Below are positions 50,313 to 61,122 of a DNA stretch of 64,000 bases, one piece after another. The stretch comes from Microcoleus sp. GTDB taxonomy: Bacteria; Cyanobacteriota; Cyanobacteriia; Cyanobacteriales; Microcoleaceae. The position numbers were made by a program, and so were the translations under genes. Where the stretch lies: the NCBI GenBank assembly GCA_042408215.1, contig JAYFMW010000028.1, positions 96,001 through 160,000 on the forward strand. The letters are read 5' to 3'. The notes beneath the pieces are model-generated. The model was given only the letters and a program-made list of their open reading frames with translations. It did not search any database and was not told where the DNA came from. The first letter of the stretch is position 1. Each line of letters opens with the position of its first letter.

Positions 50313-52493
50313 TTAGATGGAACGGAATTTATTTTTAGTGGCAGCATTTTTTAATAATAACCCCAAAACTTGCAAGTCTCCAGGGGTTTCTCGGCGCTGC
50401 CATTGACTAGGAGTGCAGAACAAAGTTTCGACTAAGTACCGTTGCTGATTTAAACTGAGATTTTCAAACTTGATTTGCAGTTGGGGAAATTCATGCTCTG
50501 TGGCAAAGTCGATCATCTCTCCTGAGAATTCGATTTGATCGTCGGTAAATTCTATTAATACAGGTTTTGGTAGCGAAAGATGGGCAATTTGCTGATTGAG
50601 GGTGACTTTGATGCCAAATTCGGAAATTTCGGTAGTGGCTCCAGATAAGTCCGAAAAATCTGTTTTTAACAACTTAATTGCGACTGGTTTTGATAATTTA
50701 AACCATTCAACGCTGACTTTAGGAGCATCTAGCAAACTAGCTAAGATACAGCTAATTAACAGCAAGTTGTAGGCACTCCAAATTATTCCGATTCCCGCTA
50801 ATTGATTTTGATTTGCGGAAAATTGATAGATAGTGCCGCCAAAACTTATCAGGTTGATAATTAACAATCCAATTAGGGGTAAGGCTAAATCCAAATGAAA
50901 AACTGAAGCATTTCGAGATACACCTTTGGGAGTAACTTTAAATCCTTCTGAAAAGGGATTGAGTAGGACTTTGAACAAATTGACAGATAAAGGGATGCAA
51001 TGGATGGAGGTGTAAATATCTCCAATTAAAAATGATTTGGTTTTGCGATTCAGCCAAGTATAGACAGTGAAATAAACTAAGTAATAGGGCAAGAGGAAAT
51101 AGAGAATTTCTGGCAAACTTGCCTGGATGGGAACAATTCCTAAAGTATAGAGAAAGGGCGTTAATAACAAGCAAAGGCGGGGTAAATCGCCAATCCAACT
51201 CAATAAGCCTTCTTCTAAATGAGTGATTCTTTGGATGAACTTTAATCCGGGAATCGTGCAAGGATTTTCTTTGATAAAGAAGCCTTGCAGCGTGCCTCTA
51301 CTCCAGCGCAACCGCTGAGTCAGGTTGCCAGTCATGTTTTCGGTTCCCAAACCAGCGCTGAGTTTTTCGTTTAAATAAACTGATTTGTAGCCTTGGGCGG
51401 AAAGACTAATTCCGGTGAAATAATCTTCGCTCAAAGAAGTGGTGACAAAACCACCGATTTTTTCAATGGCAGCGCGATTTAAAACTAGGGAACTGCCAGA
51501 TAATCCGGTACAATCTACGCCATCTCGCAGTAATTGATAGTGACTGTAATAGTTTTCGGTGGCGTGGGGCAGAACGTCGCTTAATCCTAGGTTGTAGGCA
51601 ATCAAATCAGCATTGTAAAAATCTTGACTGGTTTGTAAAAAGCCGATTTGGGGGTCTTGGAAAAAGCCGACGGTGCGGGTTAAAAAGTTTTTGGTGGGAA
51701 TAAAATCCACATCGAAGACTACAATTAGAGCGCTGTCGGTTTGAGCGATCGCATGATTCAAATTTCCCGCTTTGGCATATTTGTTGTCTGGTCTGGTAAG
51801 ATACTCGCAACCGAGTTTCTGGGCTAAACTCTTGATTTCTTCCCGGCGGGTATCGTCCAAAACATAGATTTTCTTCTGGGGATATTCCAGGGCTTGACAA
51901 CCGATGACGGTGCGCTGAATAATATGGGCGGGTTCGTTGTAGGTGGGAATTAAAATATCTACGACCGGAGTAAATTTTCCTGATGTAACTGCGATCGCAT
52001 TTTTTTCCGCTTCTTCCCGACGATCTTTGAATTGTAAGAGCAAAAAGGCTTGAAAGCCAATCCGAAAGGTAAAATATAATTCTACGATCAGGAGTAATAA
52101 ACTAAAAAAGCCATTTAAAGAGGTATTTAGGTTTAAACTGGCAAGCGATCGCCAGAGCAGATAACGCCCCATCAAACCTAGTAAGATTAATACCACTACC
52201 AACCGCGACCAGGGTTTTTGTTCGGGGGAAATCTTGGCGATCAATAAAACAGCCAAAAATAGCACTGCGGTGGGCAACCACAAATAATTGTTGCTAACTG
52301 CTGGTACGTGCAACCAAGTTGGGGGATGCTGCTGCCAAAAAGCGAGATAATTAAAAAATTGAGTAATTTCCGAAATGCCTGCTGCCCAAAGAACAAAAAC
52401 GCTCAAAATCAGAAAAGCGATCGCCAATAACACCAATGTTCCGGTTGGTGGGCGATACTCTTGGTTAGAGGTTTGTAAATCTGTGTTATTCAT
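50313..52493 (-). CDS. Cellulose-synthase-like GT2 with C-terminal PilZ-like domain
   Basis: PTYNEP, DD, AKAGNLN, FDVD, SED, QRLRW, FKVTPKG. Confidence 0.85.
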   Translation of the reverse strand: MNNTDLQTSNQEYRPPTGTLVLLAIAFLILSVFVLWAAGISEITQFFNYLAFWQQHPPTWLHVPAVSNNYLWLPTAVLFLAVLLIAKISPEQKPWSRLVVVLILLGLMGRYLLWRSLASLNLNTSLNGFFSLLLLIVELYFTFRIGFQAFLLLQFKDRREEAEKNAIAVTSGKFTPVVDILIPTYNEPAHIIQRTVIGCQALEYPQKKIYVLDDTRREEIKSLAQKLGCEYLTRPDNKYAKAGNLNHAIAQTDSALIVVFDVDFIPTKNFLTRTVGFFQDPQIGFLQTSQDFYNADLIAYNLGLSDVLPHATENYYSHYQLLRDGVDCTGLSGSSLVLNRAAIEKIGGFVTTSLSEDYFTGISLSAQGYKSVYLNEKLSAGLGTENMTGNLTQRLRWSRGTLQGFFIKENPCTIPGLKFIQRITHLEEGLLSWIGDLPRLCLLLTPFLYTLGIVPIQASLPEILYFLLPYYLVYFTVYTWLNRKTKSFLIGDIYTSIHCIPLSVNLFKVLLNPFSEGFKVTPKGVSRNASVFHLDLALPLIGLLIINLISFGGTIYQFSANQNQLAGIGIIWSAYNLLLISCILASLLDAPKVSVEWFKLSKPVAIKLLKTDFSDLSGATTEISEFGIKVTLNQQIAHLSLPKPVLIEFTDDQIEFSGEMIDFATEHEFPQLQIKFENLSLNQQRYLVETLFCTPSQWQRRETPGDLQVLGLLLKNAATKNKFRSI

Positions 52494-52629
52494 AAAATTC
52501 GATAATGGGAGCTTATCTACACAACAGACTTTCGCAAGTCTAAGGGGCGGGCCAACTTCACCGATTTCTGATGTCCTTGAACAACACTTTCTGCTGTTAC
52601 AGAAACATTTGTACGAAACTTTCCTTGTT

Positions 52630-52710
52630 TCTTTAGATTCACTTTGCTAGCGATCGCCCACTTGTCGGGTTCGATCGCCCACTTGTCGGGTTCGATCGCC
52701 CACTTGTCGG
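52630..52710. repeat. 22-bp tandem repeat CGATCGCCCACTTGTCGGGTT x3
   Basis: Visible. Confidence 0.85.
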
Positions 52711-53054
52711 TATGATTGAATCAATGACTTGGCGATCGACCGTCCTCACTCTTTTAAGATACAAGGGGCGGGTTCGCCAACAATATTTGGTTAAGATGGA
52801 TTATCTCATAAACCCGCCCTCACCACGTACCATTCGATCAAATCATAGGTTTTTTGAATAATTCGCAGTTCTTCCATTCGATTATATTACCACGTTGAGA
52901 GTCGTTTTTTTATAAATAAAAATCGAGCCACCGAAGGTGGCAAAAAAGTGAAAAATTAAGAAGTGTAAAGAGCAAGAGGGTAAAAGTGTAAAGAGCTATT
53001 AAGTCCACGCAGCCACACACACAACACGAAAACCGATGAAGAAGTAGACATAGT

Positions 53055-53143
53055 CCGGAAGCATGGCAATATTCGCACAGACAGTTTGCTCTCTGATGAA
53101 CTTGATGTTGAATATTCTCAGGAATTTGACGACGAGCTGACAT
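53055..53143 (-). pseudogene. N-terminal remnant of an HNH endonuclease
   Basis: QVHQRANCLCEYCHAS, then unrelated low-complexity sequence. Confidence 0.55.
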
Positions 53144-53750
53144 TTCTATGTTGAATAGGTGCTTTTAGTTCTTCAACTAATGCGTTGATGCTCAGAGAAT
53201 CAGTCACCATTTGGCGGTGCAGCCAAACCTTGAGCTTAACTTCTCGACCTACTGGCATTTGAGAGCTGTGCGAGGGTAAAATCATCACGTCAAAGGGCGT
53301 CCACATTGATGTAAAATTTATTCGTTTGAGCATGGCGACATCTCGATCTAAATCTTGCAGGAAACTGCTATCAGGACGCATATCGACGTATCCCGCTAAG
53401 GGCAGAGAATAGGCGGTGAGAGTGCCCCTGTGAGGCGAAGATATGGTGATGAAACGTTGTACCCGGTTAATTCCTCCGAGTCGCTGGACGTAGTAGCGGC
53501 TGACGAGCCCGCCCATGCTGTAGCCTACTATGTCGATCGACTGTGAGGGATGAAAGGTTTGGGAGATGTAATCTGCGAGTTGCTTCGCCAGTGAGTCGAG
53601 GCCGAGGCTACCATCATTGGGGGTGAGGTTGAGGCTGTGTACACACCATCCGAGTTGGGTGAGGTGAGCGGACATTTTGTTGAAAATGGTTTTCGTGTCC
53701 CAGATGCCGTGTATCAGTATGACTGGATTGCGATCGCTCGAACTGTTCAT
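53118..53750 (-). CDS. Alpha/beta-hydrolase lipase/esterase
   Basis: LIHGIW, GYSMGG, SPHRG. Confidence 0.88.
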   Translation of the reverse strand: MNSSSDRNPVILIHGIWDTKTIFNKMSAHLTQLGWCVHSLNLTPNDGSLGLDSLAKQLADYISQTFHPSQSIDIVGYSMGGLVSRYYVQRLGGINRVQRFITISSPHRGTLTAYSLPLAGYVDMRPDSSFLQDLDRDVAMLKRINFTSMWTPFDVMILPSHSSQMPVGREVKLKVWLHRQMVTDSLSINALVEELKAPIQHRNVSSSSNS

Positions 53751-54066
53751 TTGAAGAGAAAATTGCTTGTCAGTTACAGCATAAATCACTCCCCTAGGGA
53801 GTGTGACCCCTAGTGGGACAGCTAGCGAATCGGATCGAGATATCATGGGTGGAGTCGGAAATCTGTCATAAATTCTGAGATTATCGTAAATAAGTGCAAA
53901 GCTAAGACTACTGTTAATGAGTAAAAATTACTATAAGGTCAGTATTTGCGATCGAAAAATGTAAATTTTGATTAAGAAATATAGACAAAAGTTTCTTTAC
54001 CTCGTAGTCTGACTTTGTTGGTAAACTTGTACAAATTTCTCTAAAAGAACAAAAGGAGTCAATCTA

Positions 54067-54492
54067 ATGTTTGATTTTATCAAGAATTTCTTCGGCGGTA
54101 TTTTCGGCTTTTTTGCTAGATTGTTGGGCTTGAAAAAGTCTGAATATTTTCTAGATTTGGGCAACTCTGATGTCAAGGATTCACCTAAAGTTGAGCTGGC
54201 TGCTGCTAAAAAGCCTGAGCCCGTAGTCGCAGCACCAGCAGCAGCAAAAGCTGATGCTCCTAAGTCTGAATCGCCTACGAAAGCAAAGACGGAAACAGCC
54301 AAAAAGTCTAAGAAAGAACAGGAACCTGTGAAAGTAGCCGCAGCTACTAAGGGGAAAGCGTCGAGTTCAAGTGAACCGACTCTTACCTTTGCTCCTAATA
54401 ATTTAATGCCAACACCAAATGCCAGCCGTAGAACTCCTGGGCCCAGCATGAATAGTTTCCGGGAAATGGCTCGTCAGGTTAAAACCAAGTAG
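54067..54492 (+). CDS. Conserved hypothetical Ala/Lys/Pro-rich protein
   Basis: AGGAG RBS; C-terminal RRTPGPSMNSFREMARQV. Confidence 0.75.
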   Translation: MFDFIKNFFGGIFGFFARLLGLKKSEYFLDLGNSDVKDSPKVELAAAKKPEPVVAAPAAAKADAPKSESPTKAKTETAKKSKKEQEPVKVAAATKGKASSSSEPTLTFAPNNLMPTPNASRRTPGPSMNSFREMARQVKTK

Positions 54493-54501
54493 GAAATTGT
54501 T

Positions 54502-54540
54502 AAGCTCGTCCCCCGCACTTGAGTCGGGGGATGAACTTAA
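54502..54540 (+). terminator. Hairpin terminator
   Basis: AAGCTCGTCCCCCG...CGGGGGATGAACTT. Confidence 0.55.
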
Positions 54541-54713
54541 TATAGCCTTTCTCAGGTAAATTAGGTGATCCCGATGCACAGGGCATAGGGCATAGGGCAT
54601 AGGGCATTGGTGGTTCCTTTTCCCGATCGCAATTGCGAATTGAATTGTCAGTACCTAATTCCTTGAAAACCGCTATAGTCAATAGTCAACAGTCAACAGT
54701 CAACAGTTAACAG

Positions 54714-55877
54714 TCAACTGTCAACTATATTACTTTGATTTCTGAGGAAGGCTAATCCGCTGTATAGCTGGAAAGCAGCGTCCCAAGGGGTTTCGGATTT
54801 GCGATCGACCTCTATATGAGCATCGATCTTGCTTAACATATGAGTATAATCGAGAACTGTCTCGGCAAAGGGAGTAAATTCCGACCAAACTGTAACGTTA
54901 AGCTGTTGGTCAAGTATTTCAAGTAAGTGATTCCAGTTAATTCTGGTGGTACTTTGAGGGATTTGTTGAGATTTTTGGGAACGCGATTTTGGGTTTTTGG
55001 GATTGGTTGAAGTGGGGATATCTGCTGAAGTTTTGGTCAAGTCAATACCTTGTTGAAATTGGTAACTTTGGTCGCAAATTCGCAGAATGCAGTGGCGGCT
55101 GGGAATGTGTAAATCGCAGATTTGAGCGTAATCTTGGGTGATTTCTTTGTGGCGAAATTGCTCTGTTCGTCGGTGGGGTGAGTAGTCCATGATTTCCATA
55201 AACATGGGTAATAAGCCTTCTACTCTTTGGCTGACTTCTGACCAGTTAAATTCGATCGCACCTAGCTGATTCAGTTGATTTTTGCAAACGACGGCGGGGG
55301 GAGACAGGGATTGGAAGTGTTGAACTCGGAAGATTTGGATTTTTTGAATGTCGGCTAGGGTTCCCCAGAATACGGGAATTCCGGCGTTGAGGAGTTCTTG
55401 GCCGTAGATTTGGACTTCGGCGATGGGGCCGGTTTTGTAGAGTCTCCAGCCGCGACTTTGAACTTGCATCCGCGTTGTGTAGGTGTCGGTTTTGAAGATT
55501 CTGCTGATGTTTTGTACGGCGGCGGGTTTGTCTGACTGGCTGACTGCTTCGAGGATCAGGAGTGCTGGTTCGAGGTTGCTGGGGTCGTTTTTGGCGGTTT
55601 CTATGGCTTGTTTGCGTCTGTTTTGTGCTGCGGTTTCGATGCGTTGAATCCCTTGGCGGGCTTGGGAGACTATTTTGGGGTTGGTGATGTCGCGGAGTAT
55701 TTGTTTGTAGGTTGTTTCGGCTTTTTCTGGGTGATTGGTGAGTTCGTAGTAGCGCGCCATGTAGTATTTCACCCAGGGATTTTCGGGTGATTCTGTTTGT
55801 AGTTGTTTGATGAGTTGGGCTGCTTCTTTGTATTCTTTGTCTTCTAGGGCGGCGGCTATTTCGGTGATGTCTGTCAT
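54714..55877 (-). CDS. TPR-containing hypothetical protein
   Basis: N-terminal TPR-like helices (PENPWVKYYMAR). Confidence 0.75.
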   Translation of the reverse strand: MTDITEIAAALEDKEYKEAAQLIKQLQTESPENPWVKYYMARYYELTNHPEKAETTYKQILRDITNPKIVSQARQGIQRIETAAQNRRKQAIETAKNDPSNLEPALLILEAVSQSDKPAAVQNISRIFKTDTYTTRMQVQSRGWRLYKTGPIAEVQIYGQELLNAGIPVFWGTLADIQKIQIFRVQHFQSLSPPAVVCKNQLNQLGAIEFNWSEVSQRVEGLLPMFMEIMDYSPHRRTEQFRHKEITQDYAQICDLHIPSRHCILRICDQSYQFQQGIDLTKTSADIPTSTNPKNPKSRSQKSQQIPQSTTRINWNHLLEILDQQLNVTVWSEFTPFAETVLDYTHMLSKIDAHIEVDRKSETPWDAAFQLYSGLAFLRNQSNIVDS

Positions 55878-56091
55878 GGCGGTTGGGGGAATGGCGTTGT
55901 TTCTATCTTGGCTGATGTTTGGTTGGTTCCGCCACTGGTTAACAATTTTTGCTTTTATGTTAGTTGGGGATTTTGGGATTTTGGCAAAATTAAGAGTTGG
56001 GAGTTTTTAACCGCAGATGAACGGGGATGAACGCGGATATGTCAGTTAAAAATGATTATAATTAAGACACAAGTATAAAAAAGTTTTCGTT

Positions 56092-56709
56092 ATGGTGCAA
56101 ACAGCAGTTAAACTTACTTTTGATGATTTCCTAGAACAGTACCCTGACGGTTATGGCATCTACGAACTTGTAAACGGAGAAATTATCGAGGTGGACGCAA
56201 CAAGAGCTCATAAAAATGTAGCGCGCTATCTGGTCAAGTGTTTTGATGGGGAAAACGAACGTTTAGGACTTGATTACATTGTTGATAAGGATATCCGAAT
56301 TAGGACTGTGACGGCTGGGGGACAAGAACAAGGTAGAAATCCTGATGTTGGGGTGGTAAGTGGCTCTTTGTGGAATAGTAATGTATTAGCTTATGGTGCT
56401 TTAAGGGAACCAATTCAGTTAGCGGTTGAGGTGGTGTCAACAAATTGGGAAGATGATTATGTTGATAAGCTAGATGAGTATCAACGGCTAGGTATTTTTG
56501 AATATTGGATTGTGGATTATTTGGCGATCGCATCTAGATATTATCTGGGTAATCCGAAAGTTCCTACCGTTTTTGTTTACCGTTTAGTGGAAGGGAGTTA
56601 TCAGGTTCAATGTTTTAGAGGATGCGATCGCATTATTTCTCCAACTTTTCCCGAATTAGACGTGACTGTCGATCGGGTTATCAAAAGCAGTAAAATTCAA
56701 AAACTGTAA
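56092..56709 (+). CDS. Uma2-family (DUF820) endonuclease
   Basis: YELVNGEI, PDV, AVEVVS, KLDEY, EYWIVD. Confidence 0.9.
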   Translation: MVQTAVKLTFDDFLEQYPDGYGIYELVNGEIIEVDATRAHKNVARYLVKCFDGENERLGLDYIVDKDIRIRTVTAGGQEQGRNPDVGVVSGSLWNSNVLAYGALREPIQLAVEVVSTNWEDDYVDKLDEYQRLGIFEYWIVDYLAIASRYYLGNPKVPTVFVYRLVEGSYQVQCFRGCDRIISPTFPELDVTVDRVIKSSKIQKL

Positions 56710-56727
56710 TATTTGCGATGATGTTTG

Positions 56728-57474
56728 TTACAACTGATTGGAGTTAACGCTTAATGTGTAAGTACCTTTGCTAGTGCGATCGCCTCCTTTAACAACTATT
56801 TTATAAGTGCCGTTACTAGGCAATTTTACGGTTAGTTTAGACTCTGGGGGACGCTGAAAGTAGTTTGTTTCTCCGGCAATCCTCTTACCGTTGGTGTCGA
56901 ACAATGTTATGTTGTGGTCTAATCCTCTGCTGCCGAGTTCTATCGTAATAGATTGACCTGCACGTCCTTGGAACGTATGTTCGCGGGATTCGCCTTCTTT
57001 TAAGGTTTCTCGCTGCTGGAGGAGGGAGAGAGAGGTGAGTTTTGGGCGATCGGGATTGCTTAAATCTAAGCCATAATTAGTCGCTGTTGCACCAGGACCA
57101 TTTCCTTCTCTGACTGCGACGATAAAGGCTGTTTTATTGTTAGGGTCTCTGACTATTTTATCAATAAATTGTCTTTGTATTTTTTCTGCATTTAAAGGTT
57201 TTGGCTGGGTAAAATTCGGTCGTGAAATACAGAAAAGAACTGCTCCATCTTGATAGCGACCTGCGTAAAATGAATATTTTTGACCGTTAGCTGTAAACTC
57301 ATTTTGATTGAATACAGTGAATTTGTCAAATTGTAGTTGCTGGTTTCGGCGGCAATCTTTATCGATATAGATTTCGTTGGCTGATGGCTGTCGCTGGGCG
57401 AAAACTGCTGGAATGCTTGCAGCAGCTAGGATTGCTGTTATGATGGTGATGATTGTGGGCGATCGCATTTTCAT
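56728..57474 (-). CDS. Secreted protein with C-terminal PPC domain
   Basis: Signal peptide; HTFQGRAGQSITIEL...LPSNGTYKIVV. Confidence 0.75.
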   Translation of the reverse strand: MKMRSPTIITIITAILAAASIPAVFAQRQPSANEIYIDKDCRRNQQLQFDKFTVFNQNEFTANGQKYSFYAGRYQDGAVLFCISRPNFTQPKPLNAEKIQRQFIDKIVRDPNNKTAFIVAVREGNGPGATATNYGLDLSNPDRPKLTSLSLLQQRETLKEGESREHTFQGRAGQSITIELGSRGLDHNITLFDTNGKRIAGETNYFQRPPESKLTVKLPSNGTYKIVVKGGDRTSKGTYTLSVNSNQL

Positions 57475-57481
57475 ATTTACC

Positions 57482-58063
57482 TCAATTTTTTTGTGGAATC
57501 GGTCTTCCTGAACGCAGAATGCGGCTAATTTGCTCGTTAGTCATAAAAGGAGCTTCTAAACAAGTAAGTGCTAAACATCCTCCTCCTCCTTTTTCATGAT
57601 ATCTAATTTCAGTATCTTTTCCATAACGTTGAAAAGATCCGTTACTAAGTGACCAGGAGAAAAAAATTGCTTTGCCAGATTTTAAATACTTATCTCCTAT
57701 ATCTGGGTTAATTTGTTGCTGTCCACCAACTTTCCGAGGTGGGTAGCTAGATAAACCTTGCTTGAGAATGTAAGCTCCAATAACGCTGGCTCCCGTATTG
57801 AAGTAAACATAGCCATTCCTAAACTCCGATGGTAGGTCGTAATCATTTTGAATATAACGTCCCCCACCTTGTTCTACAAATTCTCTCCAAGTTATAAGCT
57901 CAGACTTGGGTTGTTGAGCAACATTTTGTGGCCAGCTTCTCATCTGAGAATTACCCGTAGCCTGTCTCGACTGTGCAAATACTGATAAAGACCAAGCACA
58001 CAAAATTGTCAAACCTATTGTTAAACCCAAAAGCGATCGCACTTTCATAAACTTTATCCTCAT
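57482..58063 (-). CDS. Secreted hypothetical protein
   Basis: Shared signal module MRIKFMKVRSL...SVFAQ. Confidence 0.7.
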   Translation of the reverse strand: MRIKFMKVRSLLGLTIGLTILCAWSLSVFAQSRQATGNSQMRSWPQNVAQQPKSELITWREFVEQGGGRYIQNDYDLPSEFRNGYVYFNTGASVIGAYILKQGLSSYPPRKVGGQQQINPDIGDKYLKSGKAIFFSWSLSNGSFQRYGKDTEIRYHEKGGGGCLALTCLEAPFMTNEQISRILRSGRPIPQKN

Positions 58064-58066
58064 TTT

Positions 58067-58789
58067 TTATCTGACATTTTGAATCGGAGATTCGTTAGCC
58101 ATAGAAATAGCTAAATTAATCAATGCTGATTTATCGCGTTGTGATACAATATTGCGATCGCGATCGAATCCGCCTCTTAGACTTACCCGATAATTTAAAC
58201 CATCTTGCTTCCAAATCACGCTCAGAGAAGGTGGAGTTGAAGCTCCTCCAGAATTTTGAACGACGAAAAGACCGTCAATACCTTGCTTTAAAGTGATAGG
58301 TGTCCTTTCTAGGACTGCCATTTCTGAGCGGATCAAGTCTCTTTTATCTGATTCTGTCCAAGTTTCATAACCGCGCCTTCTAATTTCGTTAACTCTTTCA
58401 AGTTCTTTCAGAGTAAAAATGGGTTGGGAACGCAGATTATTGTCGTAGGTAGAATTTTGCGCTACCGTAATAATTCCAAATTGACAGGATCTACTCGTGC
58501 AGTTCGGTTGTGAATTTAGCCAGACAGCAAACTCTCCTGGGATGGTTGTAATGACTTGTGGGTAAAGTTGAATTTCGCTGATATTAACACTTGAAGGTAG
58601 GCGCATTACCCATCCTCTAGGAAGCTGAGTTTGAATCTCTCTAAGAATGGGTCTAAACATAGGTGCGGGTTCAGCATTTGCAGTTTGGGGTTTTGTCAGA
58701 CAGTAAGCTCCAAATACCGTACAAATGCCTAAACTAATTGTAATGGTGATTGGCGATCGCCCTTTCATAAGTAATCTCCTTATTTTCAT
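58067..58789 (-). CDS. Secreted hypothetical protein
   Basis: MKGRSP signal, ANA-EPAP cleavage-like site. Confidence 0.7.
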   Translation of the reverse strand: MKIRRLLMKGRSPITITISLGICTVFGAYCLTKPQTANAEPAPMFRPILREIQTQLPRGWVMRLPSSVNISEIQLYPQVITTIPGEFAVWLNSQPNCTSRSCQFGIITVAQNSTYDNNLRSQPIFTLKELERVNEIRRRGYETWTESDKRDLIRSEMAVLERTPITLKQGIDGLFVVQNSGGASTPPSLSVIWKQDGLNYRVSLRGGFDRDRNIVSQRDKSALINLAISMANESPIQNVR

Positions 58790-58844
58790 TATTTCTCATC
58801 TACAAGCTTAGAATGCCAGCTTATTAACTATTGAAATGGCAATT

Positions 58845-61091
58845 TTAATTGCGAAGTTTATCAGCATCTTCTAAGGTAATAGTAGCTTTTTCGCCTGCGG
58901 CTGTAGCATAATAAAGGTCTGCCCCTCTTGCAAATGTGTTTAACTTACTGCCAGTTATTCTAGTAGCTTTTACAAATGTACCAAGCCCGGGTAGGATGAA
59001 TTTATCAAGGGCAATTTCTAGACCAATGTTACCGACATCTTTATATACATCTAGGAAAGCTCCTATAAATGGGTTTTTAGATGGATCGCTTTCCCCTGAG
59101 ACTGAAAACTCAATTAATTGTTTGAATACTTCAGCAGCTTTATTAGGATCGACCAAATCCATTGTGAACATAGCTTGACTATTAGGTTCACTCTTGAAGA
59201 AGTTGATAGTGGTTTTGGATGTCCGGGAAAAATATGCTTCTTCGGCAAATCTTTTGACAAATTGCTTCACTGTCTCGTCTTTAGCAAACCCTGGATCTCC
59301 TTGAGCGAGCAATACTAACTCAAGGGATAACATAGCAGCATTATACCTAAATGCTTCGTTACTTGACTTGGTTATTTTTAAATATCCCCCAGGCGGAATA
59401 ATGATGCTATTCTTATTCTTATCCGAAAACTCTTGCTCGTTTAAATTTTTTCTGGTATCTGTCAAAGAATATTGATTAAACAAGGAGACAGGAAACCTTG
59501 TAAACATATCAATACCGGAATCAATCAATCCTGTGGGAGGTTTATTACCCTCAATGATTTTAATCTTCACTAGCTGTTTCTTGGAATTATATATCTGGAC
59601 TAAAGCTTCAGCAGAACCTTGATTGAATACTTTCATTTCAACTTTGATGGAACGATCTGCTTGTCTCTCCCATGTGATGCTATTGAATATAAGTCGAGAA
59701 TCTGCTTCTTTGCTCCTACAAGAAGCCGGAGATTCTTGTCCTAAAAAATTTCTGGTTTTACCACTACACACAATATTATTATAAACTATTGTGTCATCGC
59801 CATTGATCTGGGTTTGTCTCTGTGGATTCTGTTGATTTGAAGCAGGCGATCGCCCTGTCTGCGTCTGTTGGCTTGGAGAGGGCGATCGCCTTGCCATCAC
59901 CTGTTGCCCCGTTCTACAATCTGGGTTTTCCTTTGTAGGAGATACGCCATTTCGTAGATGCGTGTATCTATAAGATTCACACACCACCACATTTTGATTG
60001 GGATTTGCAGCAGCAATGCGGAGGTCTAATAAATACGTGATAACTGGATAGTTCCAGCCATTTCCATACCTAACAGTGCCGTAAAAAAAACCATTTTTAC
60101 TAGAGTCTATTTTCAATTCACTAAGAGAGTTTACTGGAGTAGTAGGACTGCTTGAGCCTCTGTAGGGTTCAGCACCACTTAAAATTACTCTTTTTGAATT
60201 TACAAGATTTGGCTTAGATATTTCCAAGGGGCCGTCGCCAAAAACTGAAGTAATAAGAGTGACCCAATAAGTCTGATTCCCGATTTTAAAATCTGCTAAT
60301 GTAGCAACTCCCAGACCAGTAAATATCAGCTTTCTACCATCCCATAAAAAAATCCCATAATCTTCTCTTGAAATATATCTTTTTTTCTCGTCCGATATAG
60401 GTCTAAGGGGTTGTCGCATAGCTTCTTTGAATGGACTTTGCAACATTTGTTCGGGGGGAACGCGCAGTATTTTTTCACCTGTGCTCAGTTTTCCAATCTC
60501 AAAGCGGTTAAACTGGTTGATGTTCTGAGCTACTTGAGGCGATCGCCCTGTCTGTGTCTGTTGGCTTGCAGAGGGCGATCGCCCTGCTGTATTTTGTTGA
60601 TTTGGATCGGATATTCTATTGATAGATACTCTATAACCTCCAGTATTGTTATTGAAGGAATTAGCTACATCGTTATAGCAAAGAAATAGCCTTCCCGACT
60701 GACCCATAGATAGTTGATTATTTGAGCCTATAAAAAAATAATTTCCATTTGCACCAACTTTACCTACAAGCCCACCAATAAAACCTTGATATATAGCATT
60801 AGGGTCATCCTTTTTACCTATATTGACTCCATTCACAAACCTGTCGCCATCAGGATTAGTTAGGGGGGTACTATTTACAGGCGATCCTTCATAACCGTAA
60901 CTTCCTTGACCACTTGCTGAAAATTGTAAGGAATCTCCTCTAGATACATTGATTCCCGAATCAACGCAGAAATTTTTAGCTGGAACTGCGATCGTTGTTT
61001 GTGCCAAAACTGATTCAGAACCAGCACCAAAAATTACAAAACCTACCATCAAGCCAAAAAGCGAGATCTCTTTCATAAACTTAATCCTCAT
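58845..61091 (-). CDS. Secreted three-module protein with N-terminal LecA/PA-IL-like lectin domain
   Basis: DSGINV..SASG..PDG..GLVGKVG..FIG..YND..NNTGGY; modules separated by QQTQTGRSP linkers. Confidence 0.65.
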   Translation of the reverse strand: MRIKFMKEISLFGLMVGFVIFGAGSESVLAQTTIAVPAKNFCVDSGINVSRGDSLQFSASGQGSYGYEGSPVNSTPLTNPDGDRFVNGVNIGKKDDPNAIYQGFIGGLVGKVGANGNYFFIGSNNQLSMGQSGRLFLCYNDVANSFNNNTGGYRVSINRISDPNQQNTAGRSPSASQQTQTGRSPQVAQNINQFNRFEIGKLSTGEKILRVPPEQMLQSPFKEAMRQPLRPISDEKKRYISREDYGIFLWDGRKLIFTGLGVATLADFKIGNQTYWVTLITSVFGDGPLEISKPNLVNSKRVILSGAEPYRGSSSPTTPVNSLSELKIDSSKNGFFYGTVRYGNGWNYPVITYLLDLRIAAANPNQNVVVCESYRYTHLRNGVSPTKENPDCRTGQQVMARRSPSPSQQTQTGRSPASNQQNPQRQTQINGDDTIVYNNIVCSGKTRNFLGQESPASCRSKEADSRLIFNSITWERQADRSIKVEMKVFNQGSAEALVQIYNSKKQLVKIKIIEGNKPPTGLIDSGIDMFTRFPVSLFNQYSLTDTRKNLNEQEFSDKNKNSIIIPPGGYLKITKSSNEAFRYNAAMLSLELVLLAQGDPGFAKDETVKQFVKRFAEEAYFSRTSKTTINFFKSEPNSQAMFTMDLVDPNKAAEVFKQLIEFSVSGESDPSKNPFIGAFLDVYKDVGNIGLEIALDKFILPGLGTFVKATRITGSKLNTFARGADLYYATAAGEKATITLEDADKLRN

Positions 61092-61122
61092 TTTTGTGTT
61101 GATTGTTTCAGCGTTATAAATA

